Shown here piece by piece: positions 18,782-26,217 of a stretch of 43,439 nucleotides of DNA. The position numbers and the translations under genes are program-made. The notes beneath the pieces are model-generated. The model was not told where the DNA came from. It saw nothing but the letters and a program-made list of their open reading frames with translations, and ran no database searches. The stretch's first letter is position 1. Every line of letters begins with the position of its first letter. This stretch comes from a virus, in IMG/VR virus record IMGVR_UViG_3300013296_000006, positions 1 to 43,439 of that record. One strand, written 5' to 3'.

Positions 18782-19648
18782 ATGCCAGTAATTAACCCCC
18801 CATTACCAGCCGACGGCGACGAAGCAATTGTTGAGCCGTACAATGCAGCCATTCAAGCCATTCTAGGCGTTCTAAACGGCTCTGTAGACGCTGATAATAT
18901 CGCGGCGGGTGCAATTGGCCTTTCTGAGTTATCAACGGTTATACAGGGCTTCCTAGTGCCTACAGCTTCAATCCTATCTTTTGGTGGTACCAGTGCTCCG
19001 ACTGGTTGGTTGATGTGCGATGGCAGCTCTCAGCTACGGGCTAATTATTCTGCTCTATTTGCTGCAATTGGCACAGCTTATGGTTCTGTCGATGGCACTC
19101 ACTTTAATCTACCTGATTTCCGCGGTCGTGTTCCTGTTGGCCGCGAGGCAATGGGTGGTACTACTTCTGGTCGTCTTGAACGTACAAGTACTTTGACAAC
19201 GGTTAGTGGTAGCCCTAGCGCCACCGTAGGTAGTGCAACTGGTTTGGCCCCAGGCATGTTTATCACAAATGCCAATGTTACAGCAGGTACAAAAATACTT
19301 TCTATATCTGGTACAACCATTACGATGTCGGCCAACGCTACGGGCAACGGTACAACTGTTACTGCTCGTTTCTCAATGCTTGGAAATGACCCTGAAGTGT
19401 TAGGTGCAGCAGGTGGTGAAGATGTCCACCAGTTAGTGACCAATGAATTGGCCGCGCACTCGCACACTCAGTCTATTTGGAACTCTGTTGGCTCATTTTC
19501 AAATGGTACAACAGGTCTGCACAGTCAGGGTGGTACTTCAACTGCTACGACAGTTGGTACATCAGAAAACACTAATAATACGGGTAGTGACCAGGCGCAC
19601 AACAACATGCAGCCGTCACTTGTCACAAACTTTATTATCAAAACGTAA
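18782..19648 (+). CDS. Tail fibre with a phage tail-collar domain.
   Basis: PTGWLMCDGSSQLRANYSALFAAIGTAYG...FNLPDFRGRVPVG, then GGEDVHQLVTNELAAHSHT and HNNMQPSLVTNFIIK. This is the classic tail-collar/MdpB-type signature. Confidence 0.8.
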   Translation: MPVINPPLPADGDEAIVEPYNAAIQAILGVLNGSVDADNIAAGAIGLSELSTVIQGFLVPTASILSFGGTSAPTGWLMCDGSSQLRANYSALFAAIGTAYGSVDGTHFNLPDFRGRVPVGREAMGGTTSGRLERTSTLTTVSGSPSATVGSATGLAPGMFITNANVTAGTKILSISGTTITMSANATGNGTTVTARFSMLGNDPEVLGAAGGEDVHQLVTNELAAHSHTQSIWNSVGSFSNGTTGLHSQGGTSTATTVGTSENTNNTGSDQAHNNMQPSLVTNFIIKT

Positions 19649-19703
19649 GATTTTCGATTGTGTTAATAAAAAAACATAAACATAATGGTAGGATGAGAGA
19701 AGG

Positions 19704-20090
19704 ATGTTACTAACACATGAAATCACCAACTTCGCTGCAATTACAGCCACTCTGTCCGAATCCTTCGGTCTACTCGCAGGTGCGATTGGGCTCATCGGAA
19801 TTGTTGGTGGTCTTGTCGGCTTCTTCGCAAAAGGAAGGAGTGACGCGATCATTAAAGCTCAAGCCGAACTCATTGATGTGCGCGATAAACAGATTAGTGA
19901 CCTCAGAGAAAGCACTGCAGCGCTCACTAGTAAGGTCGAAGTACTCACCCAGCAGAGTGCAACACTTACTAGCTTAGCCCAAGGCTCACCCCAGTTAGTT
20001 ACTCTTACTAAAGAAATTAAAAATTTGCCATCTTCGATAACTAGGATAATAATCAAAGCTATGAAAGATGCGCAGAAAAAAAATGGTTGA
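19704..20090 (+). CDS. Membrane-anchored coiled-coil protein (lysis cassette; holin- or spanin-like).
   Basis: GAGAAGG SD site. N-terminal TM segment (LLAGAIGLIGIVGGLVGFF), then a coiled coil (AELIDVRDKQISDLRESTAALTSKVEVL). Confidence 0.45.
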   Translation: MLLTHEITNFAAITATLSESFGLLAGAIGLIGIVGGLVGFFAKGRSDAIIKAQAELIDVRDKQISDLRESTAALTSKVEVLTQQSATLTSLAQGSPQLVTLTKEIKNLPSSITRIIIKAMKDAQKKNG

Positions 20091-20625
20091 CACAAATCTA
20101 ACCCACGACTTACTTAGTGATATCGAAATAAAAGATCGGCGTTTTCGCTTTACCCAAACGCTGTTTTTCTTTTTGGTGGCATTGATGCTAGTAGTTTTAC
20201 TAGTCGCTAGCTATCAACAGCAAGTAGGGGTTAAAAAGGTTACGACTGGTCAAACCAAGACCTTGGCAGCATTAACCACAGAAGGTAAATCACAAACTGA
20301 TAAAATCAATGACCTCCAAAAGCATATCGACTGTGTAGTAGCACTTTTCCAACAACCTGATCGTTCCTCATTAGTCATTAGCGACATTGAAAATTGTAGC
20401 TTAAAACAACTTCAGGATTCAGCCGATAATAGTAAGACCTCAGCAGCAGCACCTTCACAACCTAGTACGTCAAATTCATCCAGTGTAGCCACCACTACAC
20501 CCGTGACGGCACCAACAAGTCCTAGTACTGGTTCGGGGGGCTCCAATCCTATTCAACAGCCCGATCCGCTAACCATTCTAGGCTTACCAGTTTGTGTGCC
20601 GTTCACTGGTCTTTGTGTCCGTTAG
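20068..20625 (+). CDS. Membrane-anchored Ser/Thr/Pro-rich protein (lysis cassette).
   Basis: TM segment LFFFLVALMLVVLLVASY, an S/T/P-rich region and a Cys-containing C-terminus. The start could instead be the ATG at 20083. Confidence 0.45.
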   Translation: MRRKKMVDTNLTHDLLSDIEIKDRRFRFTQTLFFFLVALMLVVLLVASYQQQVGVKKVTTGQTKTLAALTTEGKSQTDKINDLQKHIDCVVALFQQPDRSSLVISDIENCSLKQLQDSADNSKTSAAAPSQPSTSNSSSVATTTPVTAPTSPSTGSGGSNPIQQPDPLTILGLPVCVPFTGLCVR

Positions 20626-20641
20626 TGATACAATACAGCTT

Positions 20642-21568
20642 ATGGAAACAGGCATAGATTTTTCATTCGCATCTATCACCGCTGCTGAAATTAAGCAGGC
20701 AGGTTATTCATTCGTTTGCCGCTATTTGGCAAGTTCACCTGGTAAAGCTATTACAGCGGCCCAGGCGAACGATTATCGCTCAAATAATCTTGGTATAGTA
20801 CTGGTGTTTGAAGACTACGCAAATCAAGCCCTCGATGGCTACAATCAGGGTGTTGCTGATGCAAAAGAGGCTGTAGCCCAAGCTGATGCTATCGGATTCC
20901 CGAATGATCGGCCGATTTATTTTGCAGTTGATTTTGACGAAGCTGACACACCGCTTACTAATGGTGAGATTTATGCTTATTTGGACGGCGCAGCTTCAGT
21001 TATTGGTTTACAACGTGTCGGTGTTTATGGTGGGTACTACGTCGTTAAACGCTGTATCGAAAATGGCCACGCTACCTGGTCTTGGCAAACAGTTGCCTGG
21101 AGTGGTGGCCAAGTATATGCAGGCGCACATTTATATCAAAATGGTAATTCAGACTTCAATGGTGGAGCTGATATCAACCAAGCATTAAAAACAGACTTTG
21201 GCCAATGGGGTCAAAAGAAAGAGGTGAATATGTACCCAACAGAGGCAGCATGTCAAATACTAACGGCTCAGACAGGCTGGCAAAAGGGGCCAGATGGTAA
21301 AACTAGCGCTGATGCTATAGCCTACTGGACTACTGGAACTGGAAACCCTGATTGGGGTAATCCTGATGTCATAGCCGCTAAATGGGCGATTGAAGTGTTT
21401 TATGCAGGCCGCCAAGAAGGTGAAGATATTGCTAACTCGCAAAAGCCTACTCCAGCTCCCACACCTGCGCCTGATCCTACTCCAGCACCTACGCCAAGCC
21501 CTACACCTCCTAGCAAATTACCAGGTTGGTTACAGGCAATCGTTAATCTATTCACGGGGAAAAAATAA
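20642..21568 (+). CDS. Endolysin, Rv2525c-like/GH25-like glycoside hydrolase domain with a Pro/Thr linker.
   Basis: ATG at 20642 (METGIDFS...). GIDFSFASITAAEIKQAGYSFVCRYL...IYFAVDFD...GVYGGYY matches the DUF1906/Rv2525c-like glycosidase pattern. The C-terminus is PTPAPTPAPDPTPAPTPSPTPP followed by LPGWLQAIVNLFTGKK. Confidence 0.65.
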   Translation: METGIDFSFASITAAEIKQAGYSFVCRYLASSPGKAITAAQANDYRSNNLGIVLVFEDYANQALDGYNQGVADAKEAVAQADAIGFPNDRPIYFAVDFDEADTPLTNGEIYAYLDGAASVIGLQRVGVYGGYYVVKRCIENGHATWSWQTVAWSGGQVYAGAHLYQNGNSDFNGGADINQALKTDFGQWGQKKEVNMYPTEAACQILTAQTGWQKGPDGKTSADAIAYWTTGTGNPDWGNPDVIAAKWAIEVFYAGRQEGEDIANSQKPTPAPTPAPDPTPAPTPSPTPPSKLPGWLQAIVNLFTGKK

Positions 21569-22308
21569 TGCAGTACAAACTTGGTAAACTACCTGCCCGT
21601 AAAGGGGCAATCAAATTTGAATTAGCACATTATTTGAATCTACCTACTTTGGTGCTTCCGAAAACTTTCGGCCACCAAAAGTTAGAAAATGAATGGCAAA
21701 TGCTTGGTAATGATCAATATGGTGATTGTGTATGGGCTGGCGCGGGCCATGAAACAATGTTGTGGAACTTAGAAGCTGGCAAAACAGTGACTATCACGAC
21801 CGCTAATGCACTCAGCGATTATGCTAAAGTCACAGGCTTCAATCCTAACGATCCGAATACTGACCAAGGCACTGATATGCAGGTTGCCGCTAGTTATCGC
21901 CTTAAAACGGGTGTAGTGGACGCACAGGGCCAACGTCACAAAGTTGGAGCTTATCTAGCCATTAAGCTTGGTGATACTACTCTGTTAAAACAGGCAATGT
22001 ACCTGTTTGGCAGTGTTGGCATTGGTATCGAGTTCCCGCAATCAGCTATGGACCAGTTTAATGCGGGCAAGCCATGGAGCGTCGTAAAATCAACTGTTGA
22101 AGGTGGCCACTATATCCCCGCAGTTGGCTATGATGCAAAGTATATTTACGTTGTTACTTGGGGCAAATGCATAAAAATGACCTGGGGATTCTTTAAGAAA
22201 TATGCTGATGAAGCTATTGTGTACCTTAGTGAAGAAATGCTTAAAAACGGCACCAGTCTCGAAGGTTTTAACCTCGCACAGTTGCAAGCCGATTTGAAAG
22301 CGCTATAA
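21568..22308 (+). CDS. Papain-like cysteine peptidase (second lysin component).
   Basis: TAATG coupling. GNDQYGDCVWAGAGHE holds the candidate catalytic Cys and EGGHYIPAVGYD the candidate His. This pattern is known from phage-encoded C1-like peptidases. Confidence 0.6.
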   Translation: MQYKLGKLPARKGAIKFELAHYLNLPTLVLPKTFGHQKLENEWQMLGNDQYGDCVWAGAGHETMLWNLEAGKTVTITTANALSDYAKVTGFNPNDPNTDQGTDMQVAASYRLKTGVVDAQGQRHKVGAYLAIKLGDTTLLKQAMYLFGSVGIGIEFPQSAMDQFNAGKPWSVVKSTVEGGHYIPAVGYDAKYIYVVTWGKCIKMTWGFFKKYADEAIVYLSEEMLKNGTSLEGFNLAQLQADLKAL

Positions 22309-22336
22309 TTAGCAACATAATAAAAGAAAGAAAAAT

Positions 22337-22585
22337 ATGGCAAAACTCACTGCAGCAGAACGTAACAAACTTGGTAGCAATCAATTTGCTATCCCTAGTA
22401 AACGAGCTTACCCGATTCACGATATGAATCACGCTAAAGATGCTTTAGCTCGTTCTTCTGGTAAAAAAGAAGAGGCTCAAGTTAAAACGGCCGTTCATAA
22501 AAAGTGGCCACAACTACGCCCCAAGGTCAATGATACTGATAAAGACGGCGATAGCAGCGCCGATAAAGATAAGGACGGGTACTAA
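22337..22585 (+). CDS. Conserved small phage protein (82 aa).
   Basis: The AIPSKRAYPIHDMNHAKDALARSSG motif recurs in many phage proteins of unknown function. The tail is Asp/Lys-rich (DTDKDGDSSADKDKDG). Confidence 0.5.
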   Translation: MAKLTAAERNKLGSNQFAIPSKRAYPIHDMNHAKDALARSSGKKEEAQVKTAVHKKWPQLRPKVNDTDKDGDSSADKDKDGY

Positions 22586-22587
22586 AA

Positions 22588-22899
22588 ATGGATATTCTAA
22601 GCGCCGTATATTTACATGCAGTCGTACTATCAGCTTTGGCGGTTGTAGTTGTTCAACAGTTATTGAAATGGCAAGTTGTACCAACTAAACTAGCAAACCG
22701 TTTTCCTGTACCTACGAATATCATTCTGAGCTTCATAGCGTCGGTTGTAGCCGTTTGGCAGTCACATGTACCTACACCTGCTAATTGGACTGATTGGATC
22801 GTTCTAGTGGCCACTGTGAGCGTCAGCGCAGCCATTACATACAACGCTACCTTGCGTAATTGGGTTGGTCTTCGAAATACTGAAAGCAAAACTAGCTAA
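22588..22899 (+). CDS. Holin-like membrane protein (103 aa, about 3 TM segments).
   Basis: Three hydrophobic segments (AVVLSALAVVVVQQLL, IILSFIASVVAVW, WIVLVATVSVSAAITY). Last gene of the late arm, next to the lysins. Confidence 0.5.
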   Translation: MDILSAVYLHAVVLSALAVVVVQQLLKWQVVPTKLANRFPVPTNIILSFIASVVAVWQSHVPTPANWTDWIVLVATVSVSAAITYNATLRNWVGLRNTESKTS

Positions 22900-22916
22900 A
22901 GTTTCACGACAACGAA

Positions 22917-22950
22917 CAAAAAACCCCTTGCTATGAGGGGTTTTTATTTT
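22917..22950. terminator. Strong intrinsic terminator ending the rightward arm; bidirectional shape.
   Basis: aaaacccct (22920-22928), a 7-nt loop, aggggtttt (22936-22944), then a T-run. An A-run lies upstream. Confidence 0.85.
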
Positions 22951-23104
22951 TGTGTTTAGGGTGCAATCCCAGGTGTTTATTTTCAAACATCAAAGAGAAT
23001 CTTTGATCACTAGCATACTTATGTGTGAGGGTGGAGTTTTGGGAGGTGTAATTGCTATAAAAAGGTGCTACGCATAGCCGTTACGTTATATATACCACAA
23101 GCGG

Positions 23105-23142
23105 AATAAAAAAAGAAATCCCGCTGTTAATGTGACAGCGGG
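23105..23142 (-). terminator. Intrinsic terminator for the leftward arm.
   Basis: Stem cccgctgt (23120-23127) pairs with acagcggg (23135-23142). On the minus strand it is followed by ATTTCTTTTTTTATT. Confidence 0.65.
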
Positions 23143-23450
23143 TTCATAAGTTTTTATCTGTGTTTTATTTCGTGTTTTGATCTGTAGATATAGGCTGGGA
23201 GGCTTTTATCTATCATCAATATAGCATTAAAAGATTAAAAGCAATAGAATTATCTATTTTTAAGAGAGCGGCGGGGAGTGACAGCTTTACTCAGTGTTTC
23301 GGCCTCGGCCTAATTTACCTTTAGATCGCCAGTTAATTAAGTGTACACCCGCGTCATCCTATCTAACGACCACGGCAAGCCCAAAAGAGTGCTTAATCGT
23401 TAGAACGGGATGGTTGATTACCCTCGCAAAGTAATCAACATTCCCACATT

Positions 23451-24017
23451 TTACCAGAAGAGGTTTGAGGCCCAAAAACTTTGTGCGCCCCACCAAGAAC
23501 TGTAGCGGCTAACAGCATAATTTGAAGCCCATTTTAGCTGACAAACTGGATCAACCGATATGAAATTACCGTCAGTATCAAAATTGACACAACCTGATTT
23601 CCCACAGGGCAACTCTTGTACTAATCCGCAAGCACCTGTATGCGGCTCCTGAGCTACAATTCGCCAACCAGATTCATGGCTCACGATGTAGTCAACAGCC
23701 GCATAGTCTGAAGGTGCAATACCCGCTGCAGCCATCCAGTCTTCATGACCACCACTATAAACAGACTGTGAGGCTTGTACAGGTTGTGTGACGGGCGTTT
23801 GAGCTGGAGCCACAGGTTGAGTCGTTTGCGGTGCTGAAACGGCTTCTTGGGCGGGTTTTGAAGGTACAGGAGCAGCTTTTATAACCGCTACTTTAGTGAC
23901 AGGAATGGTTTTAGTAACAGATTTTTGTTTCAAGGGAGCTGCATTAACAGCAACCAATGAAGTGGTGATTAGGATTGCAATGACAATTTGTATAGCATCC
24001 TTGAATAAATGTTTCAT
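23451..24017 (-). CDS. Secreted or anchored lysozyme-like (APF/transglycosylase-like) cell-wall protein.
   Basis: N-terminal signal or anchor (IVIAILITTSLVAVNAAP), then a Pro/Gln/Ala-rich linker. The C-terminal YIVSHESGW...GACGLVQ...YAVSRYSSWWGAQSFWASNLFW resembles the C-domain of Gram-positive aggregation-promoting-factor/transglycosylase-like proteins. Confidence 0.55.
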   Translation of the reverse strand: MKHLFKDAIQIVIAILITTSLVAVNAAPLKQKSVTKTIPVTKVAVIKAAPVPSKPAQEAVSAPQTTQPVAPAQTPVTQPVQASQSVYSGGHEDWMAAAGIAPSDYAAVDYIVSHESGWRIVAQEPHTGACGLVQELPCGKSGCVNFDTDGNFISVDPVCQLKWASNYAVSRYSSWWGAQSFWASNLFW

Positions 24018-24053
24018 AGTCCGCGTTATTCGGTCACTGTGGTAAAACGCTGG

Positions 24054-24248
24054 CTAACCTTTCTTATTTGTTGGTTTGCTCATTTGTTTGTAAATATGGT
24101 TTACGACTAACAATATACCACAAAACACGGTCACGATCCCGACGACGTACTTGTTGGTAAAGTTGATCCATCCAGCTAGACTTGCGCCCGCCAAGATGAT
24201 AATGGTTAGTGCAAATGGCTCAATGGCCGTTACGAATTTGTTTAACAT
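24054..24248 (-). CDS. Small 2-TM membrane protein, class II holin-like (64 aa).
   Basis: AAGGAG SD site. Two hydrophobic helices and a basic C-terminal tail (KQMSKPTNKKG). Has its own promoter upstream. Confidence 0.5.
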   Translation of the reverse strand: MLNKFVTAIEPFALTIIILAGASLAGWINFTNKYVVGIVTVFCGILLVVNHIYKQMSKPTNKKG

Positions 24249-24284
24249 GTTAGTAGCTCCTTACTATTTTGATGTTACTGAAAC

Positions 24285-24313
24285 AGTCTAGCACACCATA
24301 AGTAGTTTGTCAA
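24285..24313 (-). promoter_or_regulatory. Sigma70-like promoter, minus strand (TTGACA-17-TAGACT).
   Basis: Minus strand reads TTGACAaactacTTATGGtgtgcTAGACT, sharing the TTATGG spacer element with three other leftward promoters. The -35 overlaps the stop of the upstream gene. Confidence 0.65.
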
Positions 24314-24516
24314 GTACCATATCGTTTGATCAATTTTACTCGCCAGTTATTGTAAGGTAATAACCTTCGAGTTTTTGCATCAAAGTAATCTCTGGAACTA
24401 TCAGAACGACGACTTACAAATTCACGACTGTACATTAGAGCTACATGTACCCGTAAGATTTTGTTTAATAATGGCTGTTCAAAATCATAGCCTATTGGTT
24501 GTTTTCGAATTTTCAT
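24310..24516 (-). CDS. Hypothetical protein (68 aa).
   Basis: ATG at 24516 (MKIRKQPIGYDF...). The track start at 24528 is TTG. Confidence 0.5.
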   Translation of the reverse strand: MKIRKQPIGYDFEQPLLNKILRVHVALMYSREFVSRRSDSSRDYFDAKTRRLLPYNNWRVKLIKRYGT

Positions 24517-24518
24517 GA

Positions 24519-24647
24519 TTAACCCCAAAATCCAATACTCAAAACATGGCCGTGTTCACAAGTCCCACGATTATAGCTCCAGGCTTCTACCTTCGTACCA
24601 TCAATAGGGCAACGACCACGGAGGCGACGAATGATTGCTAATAACAT
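24519..24647 (-). CDS. Small Cys/His-containing ORF (42 aa; below the track cut-off).
   Basis: Minus-strand ATG at 24647, translating MLLAIIRRLRGRCPIDGTKVEAWSYNRGTCEHGHVLSIGFWG. The stop lies 2 nt before the next ATG. Confidence 0.35.
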   Translation of the reverse strand: MLLAIIRRLRGRCPIDGTKVEAWSYNRGTCEHGHVLSIGFWG

Positions 24648-24685
24648 TACTTCTCACTTTCTTTTAGAGTTAGGGTTATCGGCTG

Positions 24686-24826
24686 TCATGATGCTGACTC
24701 AGAAATTGCTTTATCAATTAAGACTTCAACCATATTAGCCATGCTACGGGACTGAGAAGCAGCTAACTTGGAAAGTTTCTCTCGGTATTCAGTCTTAATC
24801 TTAATCTGCGTATATAGATTTGCCAT
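24686..24826 (-). CDS. Ribbon-helix-helix (CopG/Arc-like) DNA-binding protein (46 aa).
   Basis: Internal ATG at 24826 gives MANLYTQIKIKTEYREKLSKLAASQSRSMANMVEVLIDKAISE, a beta-strand followed by two helices as in RHH proteins. The longer track ORF's N-terminus looks like out-of-frame junk overlapping the upstream gene. Confidence 0.6.
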   Translation of the reverse strand: MANLYTQIKIKTEYREKLSKLAASQSRSMANMVEVLIDKAISESAS

Positions 24827-24986
24827 TTTCAATCTCAATTTCATTAACCATATCTTTATAAACCTCATAACAAAAGCTGTTACAAAACCACAGTCTATCG
24901 TGGCGCACCTTGCGTATAAACAATGTGGCACGATTAAGAGGTTCGCCACACTCACAGCACACGTAATTAATTTGGGCGTAAGTCAT
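24801..24986 (-). CDS. Small zinc-ribbon protein (61 aa).
   Basis: AAGGAA SD site 8 nt upstream. Cys pairs at CCEC and at C...C (FCNSFC). First gene after the promoter at 25042-25070. Confidence 0.5.
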   Translation of the reverse strand: MTYAQINYVCCECGEPLNRATLFIRKVRHDRLWFCNSFCYEVYKDMVNEIEIENGKSIYAD

Positions 24987-25041
24987 TAGTAGATTCCTTT
25001 GCTCTTTTCATAATTTCGTTCCTTGCTTAGTTGATACCCTA

Positions 25042-25070
25042 ATAGTAGCAAACTGGTAGCATATTGTCAA
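25042..25070 (-). promoter_or_regulatory. Sigma70-like promoter, minus strand (TTGACA-17-TACTAT).
   Basis: Minus strand reads TTGACAatatgctaccagtttgcTACTAT, about 50 nt upstream of the ATG at 24986. Confidence 0.6.
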
Positions 25071-25132
25071 CACTATACTTTACTATCCCCAATGCCGAAG
25101 TGGTTGCGGGCTTCTTACAATATTGTTTTACG

Positions 25133-25222
25133 TTACTCACCGATTAACTCCTTCTTACAAAAACAGCATTTGCCGTTTTCAAAATAATGATCACAATGTA
25201 CGCAGATTTCTTGAATACTCAT
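25133..25222 (-). CDS. Tiny Cys-rich ORF (29 aa).
   Basis: ATGA overlap with the stop of 25219-25419. Translates MSIQEICVHCDHYFENGKCCFCKKELIGE (CxxC...CCxC). Confidence 0.3.
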   Translation of the reverse strand: MSIQEICVHCDHYFENGKCCFCKKELIGE

Positions 25223-25419
25223 TTTAAAACTTTCACAATTGATCTAGGGCATTTGTGCATTTTTGATTCAGGAACTTCAATAGCAAAATAGCCGTAACTA
25301 AGCGCCCAGTAGCACTCACCCTGTTTATAGCCAATATAGTGATCAATTTGCCGTACTTCGTAGTAACGGCCGCGTTCACCATTTGGAACCAAAACATACT
25401 CGCCTTTTTTGAAGCTCAT
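25219..25419 (-). CDS. Hypothetical protein (66 aa).
   Basis: TAATG coupling to the upstream gene. No family recognised. Confidence 0.5.
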   Translation of the reverse strand: MSFKKGEYVLVPNGERGRYYEVRQIDHYIGYKQGECYWALSYGYFAIEVPESKMHKCPRSIVKVLK

Positions 25420-25817
25420 TACTTTTTTTTTCGAGGTGCTTTCTTCTTTTTGGTGGCATTCTGTACACCAACGTCGATTTCAATAGGGTCAACAGGTGGC
25501 AATACATTGATTGGAATTTCATCAAATTCGGCCGATTGAACCACCAACATAATACCGTTACGAATACTATCAGGTGCTACGGCGATTACCTGTGCATCAG
25601 CGGGCGCACCTTTCACTATGGTAGTGTTCTTACGCCATTTCAGCCCTTTAGTAAATAGAAACATAAAATCGGCTGGTTTCACCATAAACATACGAACACG
25701 GCGAGTAGGGATTTTAAGCTCTTCCTTCGGTTTGTCGGCCTCTGGTTTTTGAACGACTTTCAAGCGATCTTCGGGATGCTCCAGCCCTTCAGGTTTAGGA
25801 TTCTTGTGTTCACTCAT
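25419..25817 (-). CDS. Hypothetical protein (132 aa) with basic termini.
   Basis: AGAGG SD site. The C-terminus is KKKKAPRKKK. Confidence 0.5.
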   Translation of the reverse strand: MSEHKNPKPEGLEHPEDRLKVVQKPEADKPKEELKIPTRRVRMFMVKPADFMFLFTKGLKWRKNTTIVKGAPADAQVIAVAPDSIRNGIMLVVQSAEFDEIPINVLPPVDPIEIDVGVQNATKKKKAPRKKK

Positions 25818-25818
25818 T

Positions 25819-26217
25819 CTAGTTACCTCTTTCAGTTAAAATTATTTCACCTTCACGAGCCCAATATTTTTCAACGTGCGCATCGTAAACATAGGAATCA
25901 TCGTCACAGAGAGCATCCATAAAAGCCTTGAGATAGTTATCGGCATCAGGTTTAACTTGGTGAGGTTTGCCATCATAGGATGCTTTCTTTTTTTCTGGCC
26001 ACGAAGGGGGCATGGGAATTTTGAACACTACTGTAAACCGTGCGTCCAAGCTTCCCCGAATTACTTTGTGCAGGTCGGCTTTGAAGTCCAAGTATCGCAT
26101 CACGCTGGGGCGTTGGCGTTTTTTCGGATCGGCGTGATTCGGGTCTTTGTACCAACGATCCCGCTGTGTCATCCTGGGCTTTGGTACGGGAGCTACTGGT
26201 ATTATGAGCGGCTTCAT
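25819..26217 (-). CDS. rusA: RusA-like Holliday junction resolvase.
   Basis: 132 aa. VKPDADNYLKAFMDALCDD matches the RusA catalytic Asp/Lys region. The N-terminus PVPKPRMTQRDRW is typical. Confidence 0.8.
   Translation of the reverse strand: MKPLIIPVAPVPKPRMTQRDRWYKDPNHADPKKRQRPSVMRYLDFKADLHKVIRGSLDARFTVVFKIPMPPSWPEKKKASYDGKPHQVKPDADNYLKAFMDALCDDDSYVYDAHVEKYWAREGEIILTERGN

Noticed and set aside
22804-22986. 60-aa minus-strand ORF crossing the late-arm terminator.
   Set aside because: It spans a strong intrinsic terminator and is antisense to the holin-like gene. It has no start signals.
22900-23450. A tRNA or attP/integration module in the convergence zone.
   Set aside because: I could not fold any cloverleaf-like segment by eye. 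No integrase, excisionase or CI-like repressor ORF exists anywhere in the window.
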